From assembly GCF_036321535.1 (NCBI RefSeq), contig NC_087436.1, forward strand, positions 43,154,001 through 43,218,000: a stretch of DNA of 64,000 nt, written 5' to 3'. Below, piece after piece: positions 12,649 through 24,366 of the stretch. This stretch comes from Camelus dromedarius (taxonomy: Eukaryota). The notes under the pieces were generated by a model that did not search any database, was not told where the DNA came from, and was given only the letters and a program-made list of their open reading frames with translations. Positions within the stretch are counted from its first letter, which is position 1; every line of letters starts with the position of its first letter. Made by a program: the position numbers and the translations under genes.

Positions 12649-13954
12649 CTTGAAATAATCATAGGAAGACGGAGAAAGAATTACCTGTTGAATATACACC
12701 AACTACAAAACATGATTACAATTGTGAAAAACATCAGAATAGCCTGACATCACGGAAACACTGCACACTAGAAGAAAACAGAACACACGCAATTAAAAAG
12801 TGCTAAAACTCAGGGAAACAATGTTTGACCCATTTTCTTATTACTTATCAAGAAGAATAATTACCTGGATTGGAATTCTTTTAGTATCAGTTTACCCATT
12901 TCTTTATCATGATAGCTGATTGACAGCATATATTATTTAACTTAACAATTAGTACAATATGTAGACAACTTAATGTAGTTTCAATAATTTTATGCATAAT
13001 GTGCAGCATTAACAGTCTCTTCATATAATTGACAATAGGCTAAGAACTATCCACTGCTCTAAAATAAATATGAGATGATTAAATGGAGTAATGCAACTTG
13101 TAAGAGTCACAAAATATGCACATTTGGGAAAGAACACTAGGAGGAAGTGAGCAGATTGTGACATTTTAATAAACAACCTGGAATTTATTTTTAAAAAAAA
13201 AATACAGAGCATAAAAACAATGCTTTGTTGGAAACTAGATGGCTTCCCCAGGTGAAATACAGGGAAAAAAGTGAGTTAAGTAATTAAGCAGTGGCAGAAA
13301 GAGATGACTAAGTATTGTAGCTCTCATTCGGAAGCACAGATGGTAAGAGTACATTTCCTGCCCATGAACTGAAATAAAACACTTTCAAAAATACAAATTT
13401 CAGGGAATTCATTAAATAATACCTCATTCACGGAAATGCTCTCTGTACTGCTAATGTGCTAGGATGGAGAAATAATTTAGCTGAGATATAACTGTTCTTG
13501 ATGATTCTTTAAGGGCATTAATCACATACTTAAAGCCTGATAACCTATGTAAGGGAAAACTTGAAGGAACGTACGTCACACCTATAATTAAGCTAAATAT
13601 ACTTTTAATCTCATTTGTTTAAAATAATTGTTCTACATCAACACTAAGTTATTTACAAAGATACAGCATTAAAGAAATGTAAGATATGTCTTCAGCATTT
13701 CATTACTTATCTATATATTTATGATCCTAAGGGCCCATAACCAAAAGATGACTAGCTCTCTAAATTACTTAAGGCCAAAGATAGTTCCAACAAAAGACCT
13801 TCCAGTAAAAAGAGATGTAATTTATTCACCACTAGATTTTTGTCTCAAAAATCAATGCACTTGATATTTGAGTTACAAGTCTCATCATTAAAATGACTTT
13901 TGTTGTTCCTTCATTGAAATCATTAGATTTTTATTTAGCTTTAGCTGAGTGAGT

Positions 13955-14185
13955 TAGCCTATACAGAATAGAAATTGAGTCTGTAGAATCAGATAGACCT
14001 GGATTCATATTCTGGTTCTGCTACTTACTGGCCAGTTAATCTTCGTGAGCCTCAGTTTCTGCAAGTAGAAAATGGGAATGATACTAATAATCTACCTCAC
14101 ACAGTAGTTATATGAATTATATAACATATAAGAGTGTATAATACAGTGCTGGAATATAGTTATTGCTAGCCATTATTTTTATTAC
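13955..14185 (+). mobile_element. MIR SINE
   Basis: tctgctacttactggcc...gagcctcagtttc...aaaatggg. Confidence 0.75.
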
Positions 14186-14535
14186 TACAAAATGGTAAAA
14201 GTGTTGACACAGCAGTGAAGTATAAGTTAAAATCTTTTAGGCAAAATAATTTTTGAAAAATATAAAGAAAAATATAATTGTGCTCTGTTTAAATATTTCA
14301 TAAATCTGATAACGCTAATGAAAACACAAGTAAAATTTTAAAATTAACTTTGTTAATGTGGTTCCCCCCACCCTTGTATATATTCTCTTCTTCAAAATGT
14401 CCCCTCACAAAGCAAGATGGCAACAATAATAGCAACTTGTAGATAAATAACAATATGGTTGAACATGAAATGCATGATGTTGGTCAACTTTAAGGACCAA
14501 AAAGGTGAGAGGAAGGAGAGATTACTTTAGAATAG

Positions 14536-14921
14536 TGTAGTGGGTAGAGTTGTGTCTCTCAAATTTCATGTCCACTTGGAACCTCAGGATGTGGCCTTAT
14601 GTGGAGGTAGGATCTTTGCAGAAGGAGTTAAAAGTAGGATTTAGATGAGCTCATACAGGATAAATGCTATGAGAGTGTTTTTACAAGAGGCAGGGAAGGA
14701 CACACAGAAGAGAATGCCATGAAAAGGCAGAGGTTGGAGTGATGTATACAAGCCAAGGAACACCAAGGATTGTTGGCAGAAAAGACAAGAAAGAGATCTT
14801 TCCTAGATCTTTCCTAGGGTTAGCATGGTCCTCATAGACTTCTGGTCTCTGGACCTGTGAGAGAATAAATCTGATCCACCAACTTTGTGGTAATTTGCTA
14901 CAGTAGCCCTAGGAAATTTCA
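14536..14921 (+). mobile_element. MaLR solo LTR (MLT1B/C-like)
   Basis: tgtagtggg...ggaacctcaggatgtggccttat...caagccaaggaacaccaaggattg...gagaataaat...tgtggtaatttgctacagtagccctaggaaa. Confidence 0.85.
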
Positions 14922-17639
14922 GTGTACCTGGAGAAGGAATCACTGAAGGAGGATTTGGAGCTGGTCAATTGCTTGGGCACAATTTTGATGGACAGAGATG
15001 ATGGTATTTCAGGGGCAAGGCCAGTGTGTAAGGGGTCATGCAGGGCAGCAAAAACAGTACGGATAAAAAAGTAATATGCATTACTTATTTAGAGAATACT
15101 AAGTGGAGTAACTTAGCAATAGTCAATGTTCCTGTTAGTGAACAATGGCAAAAAGTCCAGAAAGAAGGCTGGTGTCTGATTATAGTGATGAGATCACGAA
15201 GCTTAGACATTTTATTATAGGACTTGCGGGACTGGTAAATCTTTCCATAGGAGTATTTTTATGAATCAAATAAGTTGGGATCCCCTTTGGTTTATTTCTG
15301 AGAAAAATAAAAGTTCTAAGATCAAGCCTAAGAGTTGGCTTACCAAAATATAGGCATTGTCTGGTTTGAATATAAACCTAAATTATTTTCAGAAAAAAAG
15401 ATGTTTTGTTAACATTTGTGAAGACTAAGTCTATTCTTACTTATGAAAAAGTGAAAGGACTGACTGAATGCAGGATATGTCATATAATACAAGTTGTACT
15501 TTATCTGTTGAGCAAGAGGTCTACGAAGCTTTTTAAAACTCAAAAGCCTGCTTGAATATACTCTCACTCTTTCTCTATCCTCTGCTCTACTACCTCCATC
15601 CCACCCCTATCCCCCAAGACTCTAAAATAGTTGAGCTTGGCTTTCTAGCATCAAATTTCTAATTCCATCCAGATTAGGGCATCCTCCTCATTCTCAGAGT
15701 CAATTTGCTTTTGCATTTCATCTTGTTTCTGCTACTTTGCCAGTTCCCACTACAGTCTCTTAGCAACCAAGATGGTTACAGGGAACAAAGACAACTCAAA
15801 ATAAGCTTCAATTTCTTGATTCTTAAAGTTACTCAAAACTCCTTAATTAAGTAGGGCCAGCATTTCAAGTTTTCTGTCTTATTCCTCCCATCTTCCCTCT
15901 TGTCATCCCTTGGTAGAAAGAAGGTTCATAAGAGTAAAGGAAAGAAAAGGGAAAGGAAGAAAGTCTAGCTGGATTGACTCCAAGTCTGGGGAAGCAAGGC
16001 CTGGCATCTGCAGTTTTGTCTTGCCAGAGATGCAAATGGACTGCATGAACTTATTAGCCTTCCCTCTCTTATGCATGTAAAAATCTCATTAGAAGACAGA
16101 ATGGAAGCAATTGCAAGAGTACATTTTAATCAAATAAATCAAATTTTGTGACTCTGGAGATGAGTCAAGGCACAATTTAAGAACCTGTGATTACACTGAG
16201 TTCATGAGATAGTGGACGTCCTTTACATTCTCCCTCACTTTCTGCGTTTTGGTGGTTTTATTACAATGCTGTCTGCCTTAGATAGCTGCTACATTAAAAA
16301 AAAAAAATACCCTCCTAGGTTCTGTGTTAACTAAATGTGAAGTTCAGGTGTTCAGGGACACCCCTGGAGGCCTTAGGTGTATAGCCTAATGTCTTGATTG
16401 TCTGAGAGAGAAATGGCCCAAAGATGCAAAGTCCCTAAATGCTGGTGTCAGTGGCCAGATGTTAAACCAAAGTGGCAATTACCTGGAAAGGTACCTGTTT
16501 GGGTACTAATCTTGCCAGTGTTATAATAAAATATCTTTTCCAGGATATGTGTGGATAAGGCATGCTATTAAATAGTACATATCTGCAGTATGGGATAGAA
16601 AGTAGAAATGCCTATAGAAATGAATAGAATGTGAAAAATTAGTTTGGGAAAAAATAAAATTGCCCTAGTTGGTCGACAACTAGGAAATTCTACATACTGC
16701 TCAAGGCTTTAAATGTTATCAATGTGTCTAAAAAATAAGAATCATATCTTTGCCTTGTATCTTGGTAAGTGAGGTGACTTCCGCAGTCCAAGGTGAGCCT
16801 ATCTTACCTTTAGATCCTCATCTTCTTTTATCTTCCTAGATACCCTGTCTGCTAGGCCTTCACCTTCAACTTCTGCTTCTCTGTCAGCCCTTTCCCCCCG
16901 GCCATAGAAACATCTATATTTCTGACACCTTTGAAATACAAAAATTTCTTCCTCCAACTCTTAGACCTTCTTTATTTCACACTTTTGAGTCCTCTTCCTT
17001 TCATAGCCAAACCTATTAAAAGAGGCTTGCTATTTTACAAATTAATCAGTGACCAAAAGATGACTTCCTCTTTGGAAAACCACCCTCCTTAATTTCTCTG
17101 ACATAAATCTCTGCTGGTCTTCCTCCTACCGCTCTGAGTCTGTCTTCCCAGTCTCCACTCTCCTTAAATGTTGGTACGTCGCATCTGACCTTTCTTCTTA
17201 TTTGATATGTTATCATTCTAATGTCAAGTGTCCACAGTGGAAGTGCATCAAAAGGAGAATATAGACGGTACCTCTGTATTTCATCCCAACACTCAGCCAT
17301 TCTAGTGTTCTCTTGATTATTATACACACCATCCCAGAGAACCAGTGGAGAACTCTGTACAAACCACCCACTCATGAATCTCTGTGTATGAGGGACATGT
17401 GGGTCACATTTTCACAGGTATTTTAGTTACACGGGTGTTATAACCCCTAAGCCCCACCACATAATTTACAGCTGAGGAGCTGAGTCAGCAAAGACAGGGA
17501 TCAGCTCATGATCCTATGAAGATGTAGAAGACTACATCTACAGCTTTGCTCTAGTCTGCACAGTAGAGTACTCATAGGCTGAGCTCCCATTTCTCTTCTT
17601 CCATTTCTCTGCCATCTGGCTCCATCACGACTTATTTAT

Positions 17640-17858
17640 ATCATACTGGGTTGAGATTCCACAACCACCACTTAATAGCTGTGTGCCATTGAACAAACTA
17701 CTTAACCTGTCTAAGTCTTAGTCCCCTCACTTTCAGGTGAGCTTTTTCTCACCTGGGAAACAGATGTGGGGAAATCCATAGCCTATCTTGTGTGGATGCT
17801 CTGGGGATTAAATGAGGCAATGCACCTAGCACTGTAGATGTTTAGTAAATGTTTTATC
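17640..17858 (+). mobile_element. MIR SINE
   Basis: ccacttaatagctgtgtg...acttaacct...gattaaatgag. Confidence 0.65.
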
Positions 17859-19702
17859 TTCCCTCAGATATCTGCTTCCTTCCAATTTCTTCCTAATACA
17901 CAATCTTTGTTTAGAAAAAAAAGAATTAATTGTTTCAATCATTAATTGAAATCTTTAATATACCCTAATTTCCTAGACTTTTCAGTTGAGAACTCAAACA
18001 CTCCCCGTGGAAGCCCGGTATGTTTTAATGCATCAGCCAAACTGAATGACTAGATTATTTTGCCACTCTGTGTCTCTCTCATTCTTTCCTATCTCAGGAC
18101 CTTCCCACACTGTTCCTTCTCTACTTCCTAAAAACCTGTGCCACCCTCCTATTACTCTGTCAGCTTCGGCAAGTCCGTGAGACTGTAGTAGGACTCTCCC
18201 TCTCCTGATCTTCCCAGGCAGATGCGAAATGCAGATGACATAGTGCCTTCAGTTATGCTTCATTAATTTATACGTTCTCTCTCCATATATGTTCATCTTT
18301 GATTCCCCCATGGTACCAGTCATAGAGCTTTATACACAATAACATCGCTGTCACTGTCTGTTTCGATTCATAAATGGATAATTTTGATTGCTCTACTATA
18401 GCAAGTTAGCCTGAAAGGACATATGTACTTGGCTTGGATACTCTTCTGAGTATTGATTACAAGACTATTACTAAAACAGCAGAGCTGTAAAGAAACCAGG
18501 GATTGGTTAACACTGTCCAAATACATGTAGCTGCACTTTGTCCATATGAATGATGGTAGGTTCCATGAAAACATTTTAAGTGCATAAAAAATTGAAGGGT
18601 TGGCAATGTCACCTAGTCAAATTCCTTCAGACTAATTCTTGGTATTAAAAGGTACTTCATAATACTCAAATATACCCTATACAAAAAAATTATTCAACCT
18701 GAATATCTTTCTGGGGAAAAAATGTTAAGGTTTTGGCCATATCTAACCATGGAAAGCTTCTTCTCTCAACATAAAAGATGTTCTTGATCATTAGCCAATA
18801 TCCCTGTCAAATCAAGAGTTTTTATCACTAGTAACTTTTAATATAGAATAGTTTTAATAAAAGTGTACAAGATATTACAGCTAGATCTTATGTAATGGGC
18901 AGGTCCAAGAGGATGTTTCATATAAATGGTATTTCTATAAACCCAGTAAATACTTTGAATGCATTAGCTGTTGGAATACATTAACAATTATTTTGGAAAA
19001 AAAGAACTATTTTTAAATTAAATAATCACTATCTAATTTATCTGATTTATAAGTTTAGATTTTCATGAATAGGTTTCCTTAAAGTGGTACCACATGTACT
19101 TTGGAAACTTCTTATTAAATAGAATATTTATCTTATTCATCTTTCCCTATATGCCAAAGTTCTCCCTAAATAATTTTTAAAGGTTAATTTATCTTTATTC
19201 CTAGCTAATTTTAAAAAACTACATTATAACTACTAACTTAAAATATATTTTTAACCACATCGAAACCATATCTTTATCCAATAATGCTATGACTGCATAC
19301 CAAGCAGTCTAACCTAGTTGTTGGCATGTTCATGTTAGTTCAATGTCAACTTATCAAAAAATTAATTTTTCTCTAAATTTGTATTCTAGGAAGAAATATT
19401 AGTTTTGGAAAAATATTATATAGTGTTCATTAGATAATTTAATTATATTAATAGGTCTCATTAATAGCTTCAAAATCTTACATTAGTATAAGCAATTCAT
19501 GGCATTAAGCTTCCAAGTTAATACAATCCACACACTCAAACACACACCTAAACAATTCCACTCATATTACACATGCTATTTCAAGAATAACAGATTAGTA
19601 GTAAGCACCCAGATTTACATAGTAAGCAAGTTGCTTCTAGCCAGTTAAGAAAAATTAAAAGCAAAGACAAGCTTTCACTCCAATAATGTCCTCTAGAGGT
19701 AC

Positions 19703-19756
19703 CTGAATCACTAAGCACTTCCCCATCAATAAAGTGGTCACCAAACTGTTTAAGAG
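19703..19756 (-). CDS. ANK2: ANK2 alternative cassette exon, 54 nt, (A)LKQFGDHFIDGEVLSDS(G)
   Basis: Long pyrimidine tract then gaacAG, donor CAG|gtacct, symmetric phase 1/1, open in the required frame; acidic linker-like peptide resembling an ANK2 isoform insert I recall. Confidence 0.85.
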
Positions 19757-20989
19757 CTGTTCAACATATAAGTGAAGATAAGAAAGATGAGCATACAAAA
19801 CAAAATATAATGTGCATATATGAATGCTGAAAATTGGCAAGTATTAGGATGGAACACTAAGTTATAATAAATACATGGAACCATTACTTTGGCAATATCT
19901 TTTAATTTACTCAAAGACACTGAAGCAACATTTGTTCATTCTTGTCATAAGTTCTTATAAAAGTTGACAAAATGTCTGTCACTGATAGGTGAATTAACAA
20001 TGGGTTCCAAATAAGGGCATCTCAATATAAAATTTTACCTTATGATTGTATCTTGAAGAACCTAAAGAAATAGTTTTACTATTTCTCCATAAAAGCAATT
20101 AGTATTGGGCCTCATTCCATCCTTTATGGCAATAAGTTTTCAAACATATACATTTGCCATGAACATAAATATGTACATATATATTTTTCAAACATGCAAC
20201 TTGCCCAATAGTTGTACTGTTGAAACTTGGTTGCACACTTTACGTGCTGCATTCGTAATCTTTTTAGCAGATTTTGTTGTTATTCAAGAAAAGTTAACTC
20301 TTCCAGTTAAAGCAGAGCTGGAAAACCAGGAACCCTGCTGGCAGGACCTGTAGCACGATGTCCCCATAACCACCCAGACAGTCCCTAGTGCTCCTTTTAA
20401 AGTCTCTTTGAAATCCACTGGCTTTGATAACATTTAGCTTTAAACTATAGGGGGCATATTTTCTGACTTAAAGAATAAAATTCTTATGTTGAATTTGTAT
20501 GACTTACTGCTGTTCTATTTCTAATCCTCTCTAAGACTCTTTCCTCTGGATTTTAAACATGTTCTGTATGTTTGAACCAATGAAAGCAGATATTTCTCAA
20601 TATACCATTGATAGAGTATACTGTAAGTTCTTTTACTTTAAGGAGTTTTAATTAAAAATCTACTTTAGCATAATTAAATGTATTAACAATAACTGTATTA
20701 TCAGGTAGATATTTTAACATATAGCTAATTGCCAGTTTCTTCCCCTTTTCCCAGTCCTGTTATTTAGTAAGTCATTAAAGATAATACCAGTTGAAAATAT
20801 ATAAACAGAATCCTCCTTCCCCCAAATTGAAAAAGTGAACGTATTGAAATAAAGGTTCAAAAGTGACTTTAGGTGCCAAGATGCTGTCATCCACACCCAC
20901 TGTAACACCTTGGTAGCTGAAAAAAAAAGAATGGTTTCCTTCATGTAAGACAATGATAGATGTCAAAGAAGACTGAATAAAAGTCTTAC

Positions 20990-21062
20990 CCTCTTCATCA
21001 GAAACATCAAGAACCTCAGTCATGGTCTCAGGAACATTTAGCTTGTGTTTTTCAGTGATGGT
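20990..21062 (-). CDS. ANK2: ANK2 exon (~23), 73 nt, [24 protein letters not shown](G)
   Basis: Acceptor tgtctttccAG, donor GG|gtaaga, phase 0/1; the acceptor is tandemly duplicated (see findings). Confidence 0.96.
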
Positions 21063-21124
21063 CTGGAAAGACAAAAATCATTAATGCTCGTGATAGTCTG
21101 GAAAGATAAAAATCATTAATGCTC
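21055..21124. repeat. 35-bp tandem duplication (2 copies, 2 mismatches) spanning the exon ~23 acceptor
   Basis: gtgatggtctggaaagacaaaaatcattaatgctc / gtgatagtctggaaagataaaaatcattaatgctc. Confidence 0.97.
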
Positions 21125-21684
21125 AACTTAAAAACAAAAGTCAAACAAAAGATCAAAAGAATCAGCAAAGAGGTCATAGTCAATATGAGCACTCCATCTT
21201 CTACACATGTACATCTTGGAAGCTTAGTCTCTTATTCTCCTTTATGGAAACACATTTGTTCTTTCTGAAGATAAATGATCATTTACTCCAGTGAAGTCAT
21301 ACAAGAGAGAATTCATTAGTTTGAGTTCCCATTTGAAAAATAAATTATTTAGCAATGGCATTAATAGTCATGTTGAGAAAGCAAATTAATATCAGGGCTT
21401 CCTTAAACTGAACCAAGTAATATCTCCAGGAAAGCTTTAATAAGAATCAGTGAACATATGCAATTTATTAAAAACAAAGCTATTGGAAGGAGGTTGTAAA
21501 CAATGTGAAAGACAAACTATTTGGGCAGAAAATGTGATGCATCTCTTCTGGGATTAGAGGATCAACAGTGCAGAATCAATCATCCTTACAGTCTTTCACT
21601 GGGCTACAGTTCTAGCTTGTTGCTTATTTGCCTTTCACAATAGGACTCCAGAGTTGTCAAATCCCCTGCCTTCCATTCTGATGT

Positions 21685-21965
21685 ATGATGGAAAGTTAAG
21701 AGACCAGTCTCTGGAGTCCAGCTGTCTGCGTTCAAATTCTGACTTCATCATTTAATAGCTATGAGGCCTTAGCAAACCCCTTAATTTCTCTGTGCTTCGA
21801 TTTCCTCATCTGTACAATGTAGAAAATAATATTACTTCATAAAATTATTATGAAGTGAAATAATACATATAATACATAATACACAATAATAATACATATA
21901 AGAGCTCTAAGAACAGTGCTATATAATATGTTAGTATTCAAAAAAATATTAGCTAGCATAACTTA
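21685..21965 (+). mobile_element. MIR SINE
   Basis: tctggagtccagctgtctgcgttcaaattctg...tttcctcatctgtacaatg. Confidence 0.78.
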
Positions 21966-22049
21966 CTATCTTTACTATAACTCAATATTAAATTAATCTT
22001 AAAAACTCTGAACTTTTTGGTCCTTCAGCATCAAGAAACATTGTGACTT

Positions 22050-22716
22050 GCACATACATCCAGAGGAAACTCTAATTTGAAAAGATACATGCACCCCAAT
22101 GTTCATAGCAGCACTATATACACACAATAGCCAAGACATGGAAGCAACCTAAATGTCCACTGACAGGTGATTGGATAAAGAAGTAGCATATACATTTACA
22201 CAACGGAATTACTACTCAGCCATAAAAAAGAATGAAATAATGCCATTTGCAGCAACATGGATAGATGTAGAGATTGTCATACTAAGTGAAGTAAATCAGA
22301 AAAAGAAAGAAAAACACCACATGCTATCACTTATATGTGGAATCTAAAAAAAAAAAGATACAAATGAAGTTATTTACAAAACAGAAACAGACTCACAGAC
22401 ATAGAACACAAACCTAAGGTTACCAGGGGGGAAGGAAGGGGAAGAGAGAAACTGGGAGTTCAGGATATGCAGATACTAACTACTATATATAAAACAGATA
22501 AACAACAAGGTCCTACTGTGTGTACAGGGAACTATATTTAATATCTCATAATAACCTATAATCAAATGGAATATGAAAAAGAATATATATATTTACACAT
22601 ATGCATAACTGAATCACTGTGCTGGGCTGTATACCAGAAACTAATACAACATTGTAAATCAATTGTACTTCAATTAAAAAAAAAGATGCAAGTTACGGTT
22701 CAAAAGGAAAAAAAAT
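22050..22716 (+). mobile_element. 5'-truncated LINE-1 3' end inserted in an L2 fragment
   Basis: gatacatgcaccccaatgttcatagcagcact...; probable TSD gaaacatt(g/c)tga at 22035-22046 and 22717-22728. Confidence 0.9.
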
Positions 22717-23234
22717 GAAACATTCTGAGTGCCTATTGCATGCCAGGCACCGTTGTTCTAAACATCAGAGATACTATGGTGACTAAAAAAAAAGAAAAAA
22801 AGATAAAAATCCAAATCTCATGACTTTAAATATTTCCTAAAGATAGTTGAGTCTCAAATTCATATCTCTAGTTTCTTCACTGAAATTGTATTGAGTATAC
22901 CAATTTGGTATTGTTATGAGAACTTTAAAAATCTAATCTCTCGAAATGAGCGTAAAATCTTCAACTACAGCCACCAAAATAAAGTAAGTAGGTTTTCTTG
23001 GTTTTGCTACATAGATATTAATGACTTACTTGGCTACAATGCCCCTACTGCCAACTCCTTTCCAAAAGCAGTAGAGAACTCCAAATATATTTTCAGGGAA
23101 GTTCAACTAATTAATTTGAAAATACATTTACATATACATGTATAATTTCTGTGTGTTGAGAGACTGATTAAATCATAATGTGATACTGCGTAGCCTTTCA
23201 GTGGCTCCCCATTTTCTTCAGAAAAAACTTAATA

Positions 23235-23421
23235 CAATTGACTCTTGAACAATGTAGGTTTGAACCATGTGGGTCCACTTACACACAGATACATTTCAAT
23301 GGTAAATATAATGGCACTACAGGATCCAAAGGTGATTGAATTCATGTGTGCAGAACCATGGCGATGGGTGGCTGACTCTAGTTAGATTCGGTTGAACCCC
23401 CCATGTTGTTCAAGGGTCAGG
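23235..23421 (+). mobile_element. Tigger2-derived MITE nested in L2
   Basis: TA|caattgactcttgaacaa...ttgttcaagggtcagg|TA; same family as the 49165 copy. Confidence 0.78.
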
Positions 23422-24189
23422 TAAAACTGGCTCAGAAGACCTGTGGTGATGTAGTAAGGAGAGGTGGGGAAGCTTCTTTTCTCCCTGCATGCTACAAAGA
23501 TGTTGGCAGACTGTGTTCTCTTATGCCTCTGTTTTTTCCATATAGTCTTTTCTTTGCCAGCAATATTCTTTTTTCTTTTTTTTTTTTTTGGCTCATATGA
23601 GATGTAACTTCCTTGCAGAAACATTCCCTGAGCCTCCCCAATGAATGTATTTGTTTAACCGTGTTTACCTGCTGCTACTCACTCCTACAGCATCACAGAC
23701 ACATCACACACAACTGTACGTGCCTTATCCGCCTCCCACGTGAGAGTGTGAGTCATTACAAAGATTGTTTCCACAGAACCTGAAACACAGTAGCTGCTTC
23801 TCAAATACATAGCAAATAAATTGATGATATAAAATGATGTAAAATATACTTAAAATTCACATAATGACTAAACAGATTTTCTTTTTGGTAGCTACCACAG
23901 TTAAAGAAAAGGAAGAAATGGAGACAGTAGAGAAAGTCTTATGTTATCCAGATGAAGACACAGTTGAAGACTAGTTAATTCAGCTTTCTAGCATTTTGCT
24001 TATGATGTTTAAATAATTCCAAATGGAAAGACAAAAGCATCTACCTAAAGTTCTGGAGAGTAACAGGTGGTCAATAAATATTTGATGAAAGAACAAACTT
24101 AAAAAGACTATTATAACATACCATTTAATTCTAATTATAATATTGATTTATAAATTTAATACAGATAGATGATAACCTATGTTTCTTAT

Positions 24190-24366
24190 CAGTAGTTCTC
24201 AACTCTAGCAACATATTATAATTATTAGACAAATTTAAAACGTACTGTTACTTGGGACCCAAAACAGGCCAATTAAATCAGCATCCCTGAAGACAGGGCC
24301 CAGCTAAAGATATTTTAAAAAGTTCCTCAGGTGGGTCTATTGTGCAGCTCAATTTGCAACCCACGC
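24190..24366. mobile_element. MER5-type hAT-Charlie element
   Basis: cagtagttctcaact...aattaaatcagcatccctga...aagttcctcaggtg. Confidence 0.7.
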
